Source: a virus (lineage: Duplodnaviria; Caudoviricetes). Taken from it: DNA of 64,000 bases. Shown here piece by piece: positions 44,008 through 55,100 of the stretch (position 1 is the stretch's first letter; each line of letters starts with the position of its first letter). The stretch lies in IMG/VR virus record IMGVR_UViG_3300031555_006395, positions 17,682 to 81,681 of that record. The stretch is one strand, 5' to 3'. The position numbers were made by a program, and so were the translations under genes. A model generated the notes under the pieces. The model was not told the origin of the DNA, ran no database searches, and was given only the letters and a program-made list of their open reading frames with translations.

Positions 44008-45106
44008 AAAGGAAGGCCCCTTTCTGATTTTTGATTTTGAAGACGGTAAAAAAGTAAAATACAATTTTGCAACCAAAGAGTGTATTGGGAAAAGCGGCAA
44101 AGTTGTTCATGATTTAAAAAGTCAATTAAAGGGCATTTCGATTCGTGAGATATGTGATTGTTGCGAAGATACAAACTACGGTAACTATTTACGTTACGTT
44201 TATGAACGAGAGTCATATATCCGTAATATTGGCACTGTTTTAGAAAGAAGTAGATTTTATGCTCAAAAAGAACAGTTTTTCTCGGCAGGAATCAAAAAAA
44301 TTTCTTCAAATTTTCATAAAACAATATCTGATGTACCGAAAGGATTAATTAAAATACATCGTGAAACGGGGCTTACATTAACAAATGAAGCCCTTGGTAC
44401 ATACTTATTGGAGCCGGATGCGTACAATATTGCTTTTTCATTGCAGTATGATACTTTAACCGATAATCAAGTTTATACAGCTCTAACTGCTGGATTTTGG
44501 AGCAGTTATCATGGCGGAACGACACCATCATATTTTGTAAAACTAATGCGAGAGTATCATTATAATGCCAAAAGCTTGCTTCTTTATATTGACCATCTTG
44601 CTACTTACGAAGCTATTGATGATATAAATCATCTTTGTAGAGAACTCTGTGATTATTGTCGAATGATGACCTCAATCAGCGCCAAATTTGAAAAATATCC
44701 AAGAAACTTTTTAACAACTCATCGGATTGCGGTTCGCAATTATAATCGATTGCGTCAGGTGTTTGAAGAGGAGAAATTCCAAAATCGAATCAACGAAAAA
44801 ATGGAATATCGATACAAGGATTTTCAATTTTTGTATCCGAAATCTACTGCAGATATTAAAACTGAAGCAGCTCAACAAAGTAATTGTGTCGCTAGTTATA
44901 TTCAAAAAGTAATCGATGGCGAATGCGATATCCTCTTTTTGAGAAAAACAAAAGATTTGTCCGAAAGTTTGGTTACCATTGAGGTGAAAAATAACAAAGT
45001 TGTTCAAGCGAGAGGTCGTTTTAATAGAATGACTACGCCGGAAGAAGATGATGTTATTGAAAAATATAATCTGTATTTAAGAAAGGAGTTTGCCTGTGCT
45101 AGTTAA
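43997..45106 (+). CDS. PcfJ-domain protein
   Basis: TEAAQQSNCVASY...ILFLR...LVTIEV...VVQARG. Confidence 0.8.
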   Translation: MIVKKEGPFLIFDFEDGKKVKYNFATKECIGKSGKVVHDLKSQLKGISIREICDCCEDTNYGNYLRYVYERESYIRNIGTVLERSRFYAQKEQFFSAGIKKISSNFHKTISDVPKGLIKIHRETGLTLTNEALGTYLLEPDAYNIAFSLQYDTLTDNQVYTALTAGFWSSYHGGTTPSYFVKLMREYHYNAKSLLLYIDHLATYEAIDDINHLCRELCDYCRMMTSISAKFEKYPRNFLTTHRIAVRNYNRLRQVFEEEKFQNRINEKMEYRYKDFQFLYPKSTADIKTEAAQQSNCVASYIQKVIDGECDILFLRKTKDLSESLVTIEVKNNKVVQARGRFNRMTTPEEDDVIEKYNLYLRKEFACAS

Positions 45107-45506
45107 GGGTGACAAAATTAAACTAAAAGAGGATATTGATTCACGACTTACTCAGGGGATGGAATTCGAAGTTGTTGATATCAGCCCCAAAATGATGATT
45201 CGTTTTCGATCGGAGATTGGGTATGGTTTGATGAGTTATAGCGAGTTTGAAGAAAAGTTTGAAAAAATTCAACCTCCGAAGCGGATTTGGAGCAATTGGA
45301 TTCAAAACTGGGATCCTACTAATGGATTCTACGATTGGAAACACAACGGGAAAACCGTTAAAGTCAAATACAAAGATCAAATCGGCAAAGCCACTTGCCA
45401 TAAAGATGACGAGTTTTCCACTTCTAAAGGATGTAGATTGGCTCTTGCGAGAGCAAAGGTTAAAGCGGCTGAAGCTCATTTGCGAAATGTCAAAGCGGAG
45501 CTTTAA
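45090..45506 (+). CDS. hypothetical protein
   Basis: GKATCHKDDEFSTSKGCRLALARA motif. Confidence 0.7.
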   Translation: MPVLVKGDKIKLKEDIDSRLTQGMEFEVVDISPKMMIRFRSEIGYGLMSYSEFEEKFEKIQPPKRIWSNWIQNWDPTNGFYDWKHNGKTVKVKYKDQIGKATCHKDDEFSTSKGCRLALARAKVKAAEAHLRNVKAEL

Positions 45507-45509
45507 GCC

Positions 45510-45878
45510 ATGGTGATAAAATGGTTTCGCCGTCGTAGGCCCAATAAAATGTTGCCAGCTTTAAGAGTTCTAAATAAAGAAATAGAACGTGATCATAAAG
45601 TCGTTGTTAATGCTGAAATATATCCTAGAGAAAAGACCGGATTATGGTACAGCTTTTTTGTTAATTGTATAAAGTCAAATTCTTTAATATCGGAGCAAGA
45701 TCTAGAGATTGACAATCAATGCGTAATTAAAATACAAAAGTTTTTTGGATGCAATGAGACGATTGGCAAAAATATATACGAATATATTATCACACGTAAT
45801 CGAATCCACACCGAAACAGATAAAATCGTGGCAACAAATGAATTTCTAAATATATTTGAGGAGGGATCCAATGATTAA
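45510..45878 (+). CDS. hypothetical protein
   Basis: 122 aa ORF in the operon. Confidence 0.5.
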   Translation: MVIKWFRRRRPNKMLPALRVLNKEIERDHKVVVNAEIYPREKTGLWYSFFVNCIKSNSLISEQDLEIDNQCVIKIQKFFGCNETIGKNIYEYIITRNRIHTETDKIVATNEFLNIFEEGSND

Positions 45879-46059
45879 GTTATTAACCTTGATTGCTGTA
45901 ATATCATCGATTGCTAATGCGAATGGATGGTTTATTGTTCCAAAATCAACAATCGGTTTTTGTTGGTGCCTCGTCATATTATATATTATAGTATATGGTT
46001 ACGGCGCCGGAGCTTCTATTGTAGAAAGAGCGTTTGAGAAAATCAATGTTAAATTCTGA
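45856..46059 (+). CDS. small membrane protein
   Basis: Two hydrophobic segments; RBS GAGGAGG. Confidence 0.6.
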   Translation: MRRDPMIKLLTLIAVISSIANANGWFIVPKSTIGFCWCLVILYIIVYGYGAGASIVERAFEKINVKF

Positions 46060-46279
46060 TTATATTTGCTTAACTTGTGAAAAAGCATTTGATGTACCCC
46101 ACTTTCGTTATCCACGCATTTTAGAATGTCCATTTTGCGGTAGTGGGGATTACATCCCTTTATTGGTATGTGATTTATGTCAAAAGCCAATCCTTAACGA
46201 CTTTATTGAGTTAAAAACGGGTGAAAAGGTGTGTGAAAATTGTTTTTCAAAGCAAAGAATCGACGATTTGCCTATCTGA
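46034..46279 (+). CDS. zinc-ribbon protein
   Basis: CLTC, CPFCGS, CDLC, CENC. Confidence 0.65.
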   Translation: MRKSMLNSDYICLTCEKAFDVPHFRYPRILECPFCGSGDYIPLLVCDLCQKPILNDFIELKTGEKVCENCFSKQRIDDLPI

Positions 46280-46587
46280 TTCATCGAATAAAACCTGTAT
46301 TTTGTTTAGAAAATATTGCGATCGAAGATAATGTTGTATACTGTAAAACTTGTAACAGACCAATTGCAGCAATTGCACCAGATAAAATATACATACTCAG
46401 GCCTTTTAAAAGATTTCGACCGCAGTTAGAGGAGATGACAGATGGGTATCGGGAAAAACGAAAGAATTTGGATGACATACAGCGAGAATGGGATGCCTTT
46501 ATATCTGATCTCAAGCAGACCAGACAGAACGCTTTATTACCTGTACAAGATGACGAATGGGCAATGGGAGAAGATTCAGAGGGCTAA
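46240..46587 (+). CDS. hypothetical protein
   Basis: Start uncertain; CKTC motif. Confidence 0.4.
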   Translation: MFFKAKNRRFAYLIHRIKPVFCLENIAIEDNVVYCKTCNRPIAAIAPDKIYILRPFKRFRPQLEEMTDGYREKRKNLDDIQREWDAFISDLKQTRQNALLPVQDDEWAMGEDSEG

Positions 46588-46635
46588 ATCTCCATCCGAT
46601 TTAGAAGAATCTATTGTTTAGAACGGAGAAAAATA

Positions 46636-47403
46636 ATGATTGACAAAAAGAAAGTGTTTTCTGAGGATGTAGAGAAAATCTGCAACGAGAATATCCGGCG
46701 ATTCGTTTACCAGTGTATATGCGAATTACCAGATTATTTCTTTACGACTGCTGCTTCATCAACAGGAAAATATCATCCCAGTTATTCTTTGGGAGATGGC
46801 GGCTTGGTGCGCCATACCAAAGCGGCTGTTAAAATTGGAGCAGAACTTCTGAGATTGGAGCAGTATCGTAATCAGTTCAATGAATTAGAGCAAGACTGTA
46901 TTTTGGCCGCAATCATTTTGCATGACGGAATGAAGCACGGATTAAATGGCAGTAAATATACGGTAGCTGAGCATCCAACCGTAATGGCGAATTATCTTTT
47001 AGATATAAAAACGGATCTGGAAAATGATATCGTTAAGCTTATTTCCGATAATATTGCATCACATATGGGGGAATTCAACACAGATTTTAAAACAAAAAAA
47101 GAGATTTTACCGAAACCTCAGACAGAATCTCAAAAATTTGTTCATCTGTGTGATTATCTGGCTTCACGCAAATACCTAACGGTTGATTTTGATTCGTACT
47201 ATCAGCCGAAAAATTATGAAGTTAACAAACTGAATGACCTAATTGATGAGATTATTGCAGTTTGCAAAACAAAAATTGGTGCCGGTGTAGATCGAGAAGA
47301 TCTGTATGCAAAGATTGAAGAAGTAAACGGAAATAAAAATCCCAGGGCAATCAAAGACGAATCTGTTGCCCAAGAGATTTTAAATCTAATTAATCAAATG
47401 TAG
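46636..47403 (+). CDS. HD-domain hydrolase (YhaM-like)
   Basis: AASSTGKYH, GGLVRHT, ILHD, SHMG, HLCDYLAS. Confidence 0.85.
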   Translation: MIDKKKVFSEDVEKICNENIRRFVYQCICELPDYFFTTAASSTGKYHPSYSLGDGGLVRHTKAAVKIGAELLRLEQYRNQFNELEQDCILAAIILHDGMKHGLNGSKYTVAEHPTVMANYLLDIKTDLENDIVKLISDNIASHMGEFNTDFKTKKEILPKPQTESQKFVHLCDYLASRKYLTVDFDSYYQPKNYEVNKLNDLIDEIIAVCKTKIGAGVDREDLYAKIEEVNGNKNPRAIKDESVAQEILNLINQM

Positions 47404-47412
47404 GAGGGTTTT

Positions 47413-48045
47413 ATGGAGAATTACTTTACTGGTCTTTACGCAGTAGACGTAAGTGAAAAAGTACGTAAAAAAAATAATTTGTCGTATTTGCCTTGGGCGG
47501 CTGCTTGGGCAGAAGTGAAAAAATCACATCCGGATGCTACATATAACGTATATGAGAGAGAAGATGGACGTTTTTGGTGGGATGATGGGAAAAGTGCATG
47601 GGTGAAAGCCAGCGTAATCGTCAATGAAATTGAGCATATTGAACGACTGCCCATTATGGATATGAGAAATAAAGCAATCCCTGCAGAGGAAGTCTTGTCA
47701 ACCGATGCAAACAAAGCGGTGCAAAGAGCATTGGCAAAAGCTTGCGGCAGACATGGTATTGGTCTTTACATTTATGAAGGTGAAGATCTTCCGGAAGAGA
47801 CTAGAAGAGAGCGTAAGCAGAAGACTGCAGAAGAGGCTGCGGCAAAAGCTATGTTGGATGCTGCGCATAAAGCGATTGTAGATCTTTGTAAAAAACTAAT
47901 TGACAAAGGAATCGATAAACAGAAAATTTACGATCTTATTGCTGAAAACAATGCTGGTAAAAACAATCCCAATTCCATTCCTACCGTGGAACTTTGTGAA
48001 GAGATTACCAAGAAACTTAATAAACTGACAAAGGAGAGTAAATAA
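47413..48045 (+). CDS. Sak3/DUF1071-type single-strand annealing protein
   Basis: LSYLPWAAAW, LPIMD.RNK, QRALAKAC.RHGIGLYIYEGED. Confidence 0.85.
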   Translation: MENYFTGLYAVDVSEKVRKKNNLSYLPWAAAWAEVKKSHPDATYNVYEREDGRFWWDDGKSAWVKASVIVNEIEHIERLPIMDMRNKAIPAEEVLSTDANKAVQRALAKACGRHGIGLYIYEGEDLPEETRRERKQKTAEEAAAKAMLDAAHKAIVDLCKKLIDKGIDKQKIYDLIAENNAGKNNPNSIPTVELCEEITKKLNKLTKESK

Positions 48046-48404
48046 TGGGTTTCAGAAATGATGCATATGCGACCGTCTGGGCGGTCGAGAATAAAGGAAA
48101 TTATTCTGTTGTAGAGCTTTCGACTAGCCATAAGAATAAACAGACCGATAAATACGAGACTGATTTTTCAAGTAAGTTCGTACGCTTCATCGGTACTGCT
48201 CACGAGAAAGCTGCTAGTTTGAGCCCGAAGGATAGAATTAAACTTGGAAATGTAGAGACCACAATTTCAAAAAGTTCAGAGAATAAATACTTCACCAATT
48301 TCTTGGTGTATAGCTTTGATAAAACAGATGAAGCGCAGCAGAAATCAGATTCTGAAAACACTGACGTTCTCGCATCAGAAGATGATGAAGAGTTGCCGTT
48401 TTAG
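48045..48404 (+). CDS. ssb: single-stranded DNA-binding protein
   Basis: OB-fold pattern; acidic tail EDDEELPF. Confidence 0.85.
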   Translation: MGFRNDAYATVWAVENKGNYSVVELSTSHKNKQTDKYETDFSSKFVRFIGTAHEKAASLSPKDRIKLGNVETTISKSSENKYFTNFLVYSFDKTDEAQQKSDSENTDVLASEDDEELPF

Positions 48405-48413
48405 GAGTAAATA

Positions 48414-49226
48414 ATGTACGAACTAATCCTTGACGGTATCAAATGGTCATTCTCTTCCGTAAACTGTTACGAAAATTGTCCAAAATGTTTCTTTTTATCT
48501 TATATCGAAGCGTTACCGAAACTAAATAATGCATTTGCCCAGTGGGGAAGCTTCGGCCATTCATTATTAGAGGGGTATTATCAAGGAAAATACGAGCTGT
48601 TTGATTTGGCTCAGGAATACGAGGATGGTTACACACAAAATGTAACCATCCCATTTCCCAATAACAAGTATATTGATTTGAATCAAAAATACTATGAAGC
48701 AGGACTGCAGTATTTTTGTTCGTTTCAAGGGCTTGATTCTAAATATGAAGTAATTGCAGTGGAGCAAAAAATAAATAGCTACATTGGTAATCGAAAGTTT
48801 GTTGGGTTTATTGATTTAATACTTAGGGACAAAGACGATGGTAGATATGTTATCGTTGATCATAAAAGTAAATCCGGCTTTAAGAATAGGGACGAAGAAT
48901 GCGATTATCTTCGGCAGCTTTATCTGTATTCTTCATATATAAAAGATAAATATGGTGAATTCCCCAAAGAACTCATCTTTAATATGTTTCGTGCGCAAAA
49001 TATTGTGGTAGAACAATTTAATGAAAAAGACTACGACAGGGCAATTCAATGGTTTCTATCTACAATAGAAAAAATATACCACGATAAAAAATTTGTCGAT
49101 AAAATCGCATTTGAATATAAGAATAAAAAGAAAAAATTATCTGAATACAAGCGGAATGATTATTTTTGTAATGAGCTTTGCGGCGTGAGAACCCATTGTA
49201 AACGGTCATTTCACGGCAAGGGGTGA
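48414..49226 (+). CDS. PD-(D/E)XK nuclease (Cas4/RecB-like)
   Basis: WSFSS..CYENCP, GFIDL, IVDHKS, QLYLY, FCNELCGVRTHC. Confidence 0.85.
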   Translation: MYELILDGIKWSFSSVNCYENCPKCFFLSYIEALPKLNNAFAQWGSFGHSLLEGYYQGKYELFDLAQEYEDGYTQNVTIPFPNNKYIDLNQKYYEAGLQYFCSFQGLDSKYEVIAVEQKINSYIGNRKFVGFIDLILRDKDDGRYVIVDHKSKSGFKNRDEECDYLRQLYLYSSYIKDKYGEFPKELIFNMFRAQNIVVEQFNEKDYDRAIQWFLSTIEKIYHDKKFVDKIAFEYKNKKKKLSEYKRNDYFCNELCGVRTHCKRSFHGKG

Positions 49227-52156
49227 TACTACTGATTATAGATAAAGAACTAATTGCTCAAGCAAAAGAGGTATTAGGAGATAGAAACGCAGAAATAATT
49301 GCTGAACTATTTTCTATTGAAAAATGGAATGAGGATCAGAGAAAGGGCTGCTGTCCCAATCCAGCGCATGATGATTCTACTCCTAGTTGCTCTTATAACC
49401 CCAAAACATATTCAATAAAATGTTTTGGTTGCGGATTCACAGCAGATATTCTAGATGCATATATGTTCCATGACGGCTGTACTTTTTCCGAAGCTTGTGA
49501 GAAATTATTTTCCGAAGCAGGTATTAAATATGACTTTGGTGAAAGAGGAGTGATATCCTCTAGAAGTTATCGGTATCCCAAACCTGTCTATGCCGATAAT
49601 AACGAAAAAGTATATGCGTATTGGAAATTACGTGGCATTTCAAAGAGCACTGTTGATTATCTCGATATGAGACAGGATATGGATGGGAATACATTATTCC
49701 AATACTACGATTTGAATGATGTGTTGGTCAGCTGTAAAGTTAGACCATCCAGAGCCGTCCGAAAACCTGATATTAAAATTTGGTATCTGCCAGGCGCAGA
49801 CCACACAGATGTTTTATTTAATATCAATCGTATCAATTCTTCTCAGCCTCTGATTATTTGCAGCGGGGAAGGAGATTGTGCTTCTCTTATTGAATGTGGT
49901 TTTTTGAACTCTGTCAGTATAAACGGCGGCGATCAGAATACCAATTGGATCGGAGAATGTTGGGATTTTTTACAGCAGTTTGAAGAAATTATTCTTGTAC
50001 CAGATAAAGATGAAAGCGGAAAAAAATTCTGCAAAGACGTTTCAACCAGATTAGGAGAATACCGAATCAAAGTGGCAGATGTCCCTTCAGTTGTTACTAA
50101 GGAGGACGGTACAAAAATTCGGATTAAAGATGTTAACGACCTGCTGTATCTCTGTGGTAAAAGCGCAGTACAAGAAATAATTAATAATGCAAAGGAAAGC
50201 GAAATTCCGTCAATTGTAGATTATTCCGATGTCAAAAAATTCGATATGAGTGATGTGGACGGTTTCACTACCAGTTTCGCCGAATTAGATGCAGCGCTAG
50301 ATAAATTTTATGTTGGGACCACAACCATCTTAACAGGTATTGCAGGGTGTGTAGACGCTAAAACGGAATATTTTAATGGACACGAATGGAGATCGATTGC
50401 AAATTTCCGTGGCGGCGATAAAGTATTGCAGTATAACGCTGATGGAACAGCTGAACTTGTAACGCCAAGTTATTATTATAAGATTCCTTGCGAAGATTTT
50501 TGGGAAATTAAAAATAGCACCGGAGTAAACCAGTGCGTTTCAGATGAGCATAATCTTGTATACATAACCAGTAAGGGCAATTTATATAAAACAAATGTCC
50601 AAAACTTTGTGCGTCGCCATAATTTGTCTCCACGTGGAGCAAGCGGTAAATTTATAACGTCCTTTCAATATAATGGTCCAGGACTTCCATTATCTGATAC
50701 TGAATTAAGAATTATGTGTGCAGTCGTATGTGATGGGCACTTCCCAAACCATAAATCTTCAAAATGTCGAATCAATATTAAGAAGCCCAGAAAAATCAAC
50801 AGGTTAAAAAAACTTCTCGACGAAAGCGGAATACCATATATCATAAAACAGCATAATCCTAAAGATCCTGCATATCGGACTTTTATTTTTAATGCGCCGA
50901 TTAAGACAAAACTGTTTTCTGACTTTGGTTATCAGTGTAATAATAAGCAATTAAGTATTATTGCCGAAGAGGTTTTTCATTGGGATGGTTGTGTTAGTAA
51001 CGGACGACAAAAGTTTTTTACTAGCATAAAATCTAATGCGGATTTTATCCAATTTGCATTTAGCGCTACTGGAAGACGTTCAAGGATTTCGATGTATGAT
51101 AGGCGAGGTCAGCAATACGGAAATTATATTCGAAAGTCAATAGAATACTGTGTTAGCTCTACAGATAAAGCACTTAGCAGTATGTGTACATCTCATGATG
51201 CCTATCATAAAATAAACAAAATTAAAACAGGTGATGGATATAAATATTGTTTTACCGTCCCCAGCGGAATGCTTGTACTGCGCCGAGAAGGTGTTATAAA
51301 TATCACCGGCAACTCAGGGAAAAGCAGCCTAATCTCAACATTAATCTGCCAATCTATTGAGCAGGATTTTCCTTGTTTCGTTTATAGTGGAGAACTTAGT
51401 AATCCTTCTTTAAAAAACTGGATTGATAGCGTTCATGTTGGACAACGAAATCTAATTGAATTTCGGAAGAATTCATCTGTTTTTTATAAAATAAAGCAAG
51501 AGGCTTATGCTGCGCTCAATCGCTTCTATAAAGGAAAAATATTCTTTTATAAGGATGGATTCGACCACAAGACCTCACATCTGATGGATACAATGGAGTC
51601 TGTTGTACGTCGATTTGGTGTTAAAACAATTATTATAGACAATATGTCTTCTGTAGATCTGGAAAACGATGATAACAACAAATATATCAAACAAGATGAG
51701 TTTATTCGATCTGTTATTGAATTCTCTAAACGATGGCAGGTTGTTTGTATTGTAGTTCTTCATCCCAAAAAGATGGAAGCATTGAGGCGTATGTCAATTT
51801 TCGATTTGCAGGGATCTGTTAGCGCAGTAAATCTTGCTCACCGAGTACTTTCTTTATATCGTGTTCAACCAAAAGAAAAAGAAGGTATGATCAAAGGAAA
51901 TAAAGTGATCCAGCGGCCCATTAAATACGATGTTTTAATAGATGTTTTAAAAGACCGTTTTGGATCTGGTGCCAATAAGACAATTGGTTTGTACTACGAT
52001 GTACCCAGCAGACGTTTCTTTGATAGCGAGGAAAACTTAGATTACCAGTATGCTTGGGATAAAACCGACTATACGGGCGTTCCTCTCCCGTATCCACCCC
52101 CTCAATTAGAAGCCGAAAGAGAATTCTTTGGCCAGGAGGGAAGATATGGGCAATAA
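49223..52156 (+). CDS. primase-helicase (T7 gp4/Twinkle-like) interrupted by an intein
   Basis: CHC2 zinc finger, TOPRIM (SGEGDC, VPDKD), split Walker A TGIAG|SGKS, IIIDN. Confidence 0.88.
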   Translation: MILLIIDKELIAQAKEVLGDRNAEIIAELFSIEKWNEDQRKGCCPNPAHDDSTPSCSYNPKTYSIKCFGCGFTADILDAYMFHDGCTFSEACEKLFSEAGIKYDFGERGVISSRSYRYPKPVYADNNEKVYAYWKLRGISKSTVDYLDMRQDMDGNTLFQYYDLNDVLVSCKVRPSRAVRKPDIKIWYLPGADHTDVLFNINRINSSQPLIICSGEGDCASLIECGFLNSVSINGGDQNTNWIGECWDFLQQFEEIILVPDKDESGKKFCKDVSTRLGEYRIKVADVPSVVTKEDGTKIRIKDVNDLLYLCGKSAVQEIINNAKESEIPSIVDYSDVKKFDMSDVDGFTTSFAELDAALDKFYVGTTTILTGIAGCVDAKTEYFNGHEWRSIANFRGGDKVLQYNADGTAELVTPSYYYKIPCEDFWEIKNSTGVNQCVSDEHNLVYITSKGNLYKTNVQNFVRRHNLSPRGASGKFITSFQYNGPGLPLSDTELRIMCAVVCDGHFPNHKSSKCRINIKKPRKINRLKKLLDESGIPYIIKQHNPKDPAYRTFIFNAPIKTKLFSDFGYQCNNKQLSIIAEEVFHWDGCVSNGRQKFFTSIKSNADFIQFAFSATGRRSRISMYDRRGQQYGNYIRKSIEYCVSSTDKALSSMCTSHDAYHKINKIKTGDGYKYCFTVPSGMLVLRREGVINITGNSGKSSLISTLICQSIEQDFPCFVYSGELSNPSLKNWIDSVHVGQRNLIEFRKNSSVFYKIKQEAYAALNRFYKGKIFFYKDGFDHKTSHLMDTMESVVRRFGVKTIIIDNMSSVDLENDDNNKYIKQDEFIRSVIEFSKRWQVVCIVVLHPKKMEALRRMSIFDLQGSVSAVNLAHRVLSLYRVQPKEKEGMIKGNKVIQRPIKYDVLIDVLKDRFGSGANKTIGLYYDVPSRRFFDSEENLDYQYAWDKTDYTGVPLPYPPPQLEAEREFFGQEGRYGQ
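50348..51313 (+). mobile_element. intein with LAGLIDADG endonuclease (322 aa) in the helicase Walker A motif
   Basis: Starts CVDAKTEY, ends ITGN, +1 Ser; AVVCDG and FHWDG motifs. Confidence 0.88.
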
Positions 52157-55100
52157 TTACTTCCTCTATCATCTCCATTCGGATCTCAGTAATGGAGTTA
52201 CTAATATCGATTCTGTTACAAAATATAAAGAGTATATTGATAAAGCAAAAGAGTGCGGTATGACCTCTTTGGCGTTTAGCGAACATGGGTCAGTCTTTGA
52301 ATGGTGGCATAAAAAATGTGATATTGAAGCTGCCGGAATGAAGTATGTTCATGCGGTCGAAACTTATGTAACAGAGTCCTTAGAAGAAAAAATTAGGGAT
52401 AATTACCATTGTGTCCTTCTCGCTAAGAATAAGGCTGGCGTTTTCGAGTTAAATAAGTTGATTTCAACTTCTTTTTGCAGAGAAGATAATCATTATTACT
52501 ATACGCCACGAATCAGTTTTGAAGAGCTGAAACACACTTCAGATAATATTTTAATTACAACGGCCTGTATCGGCGGTCCTTTAAGTAAAGGAAACGAAGA
52601 TTTTAAAGAGCGATTTATCGATTTTCTTCTCGAAAACAACAACCGAGTATGGCTGGAGATAGGTCACCATCTCGATCCTAAACAGGTACAATATAACCAA
52701 TACCTCTACAGCTTAAATAAAAAGTATGGTTTAAGATTAATTGCCGGCACAGATACACATTGTTTAAACGATACCCATGTGAAAGGTAGAAAAATTCTTC
52801 AGCTTTCTAAAAATATTCATTTCAGTGATGAAGATAATTGGGATTTAACTTTTAAAACATATGACCAATTAGTGGCTGCATACAGCGAACAGAACGCGAT
52901 TCCTGAAAAGGTGTATTTAGATGCAATAGAGAATACTAATATACTTGCGGATCAAATTGAATCTTTTAATATAGATAAATCTACGAAATATCCTCATATT
53001 TATGAAGATTCAGCTACGACCTTTCGACAGAAAATCAATACGGCAATTAAAAATCATCCGTATATCAACAAGCGATACACTATAGAGGAGATCAATAAAA
53101 CTGTTGACGAGGAATTTGCGGTTTATAAGAAAACTGGATCCATCGATTTTATGTTGCTACAAAACTATATCCGAGAATGGGAGAGAGAGAATGGTATTTT
53201 GTGCGGCTATGGGCGTGGATCTGTTTCAGGCAGTTTTATTGCATACATCTTAGGAATTACTCAGATGGATAGTAAACGTTTTGATTTAAACTTTTTCCGA
53301 TTTGCCAATCCAGAACGTGTTACAAATGCCGATATTGATACAGATTATTCTAGTAAAGATAGAGACAGAGTAAAACAATTTCTCTTGCGTGATAAAATGA
53401 ATCTTCCTCAAATTAAAACCAGTGAGATTATTACATTTAACACTGTAGCTGAAAAAGGTGCGGTAAGAGATGTTGCGAGAGCCATGGATATTCCGCTATC
53501 AGAAGTAGCAGATATTTGTGACCAAATAGGGAAAAACGGGATCCCAGAAAAACTGCGAAAAAAATACCCTGAGCTTTTTGAATATGTGGATATTGTCTCT
53601 GGAACAATCGTTTCGATTGGCACCCACCCTAGCGGTGTACTAGTTAGCGATTTAGATTTGACAGAAAACGTTGGTACTTGCACAACATCTACTTCAGACT
53701 ACCCCATTTCGATGCTAAATATGAAAGAATTGGACGATCTTTTCTTCGTAAAACTGGATATTTTAGGGTTGGATAACATTGGTGTTATCAATGAAACGTG
53801 TAAAATGGTAGGTATTGATAGAGCCGACCCTGATAATACTGATTTAGAAGATATGGATGTATGGGAAAAAATCAGAGATGATACCACACTTATTTTCCAA
53901 TGGGAGAGTGAACAAGCTCAAGCCTACTTGCGCAAATTTATGTCTGACGAAACATTAAATAAGGTAAGGCCAAACATTCCGAATTTTTCGATGCTAAAAT
54001 GGCTTTCTCTTGGCAATGGTTTAATTAGACCGGCATGTTCCAGCTACCGTAATGAAGTAGCGGACGGAATATTTTATGATAACGGGTTGGAGGAATTAAA
54101 TCAGTTTCTTGCAAAAGAAATGGGTCATATCTGTATGCAGGAAACAATTATGCAGTTCTTAGTTCAGTTTTGTGGATATTCTCAAGCAGAATCAGATAAT
54201 GTCCGAAGAGCGATTGCTAAGAAAAAGGGAACAGAAACACTTTTGCCGGAAATTGAAAGTCGGTTTATTAAATACACCTCGCAAAACTATAATGTATCTA
54301 AGGAGAAATGTGAGGATGTCATCAAGCCTTTTTTGCAGGTTATTTTAGATGCATCAGATTATGGCTTTTCATGGAATCATTCTGATTCTTACTCATGTAC
54401 AGGATATATTTGTGGATATTTACGACATTATTACCCGTATGAGTTCGTTACATCTGCTTTAAATATATTTAAAGATAACGAAGATAAAGTCAGAGCGATT
54501 ACGGAGTATGCACAAAATAATGGTATTCGGATTATACCCCCTAAATTTGGCGTATCAAAAGATCAGTATATGTTTGATAAGAGTCAAAAGGTTATCGCAA
54601 AAGGTGTTGCCTCTATTAAATATCTGAACGAACAGGTACCGAATGAGCTATATGAGTTGTCTAAACGGTCATACGATTATTTCGTAGATCTGTTGTGGGA
54701 CATCAATAGGGAGACATCGGCCAATTCACGACAATTAGACATCTTAATCAAAATTGATTATTTCTCTGATTTTGGCAATGGTAAAGAGTTATTGCGCATC
54801 AATGATATGTTTAATTTATTTAAACAGGGAACCGCAAAAACAATTAAAAAAGATAAGGTGGATGTAACTCTTTCTAAGATATTGAAGCGGTATGCCAATG
54901 GCGTTACTAAATCCGGAGCAGAAGCAAAAAGCTATTCAATTATCGATATGAGAGGTTTGCTTCGAGAGTGTGAACAGTATATCCGTTCTCTTCAGATTGA
55001 AGATTTTGATTATAAAAACAAAATGATTACTCAAGAGGAGCTTTTGGGGTATATTGATCTGACTACGGGTAGAGAAGAGGATCGGAAAAAGCTTCTGTTG

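Noticed and set aside
48414-49226. Cas4 as part of a CRISPR system
   Set aside because: It sits in a Sak-SSB-primase recombination operon with no cas genes; this is an ordinary phage exonuclease context
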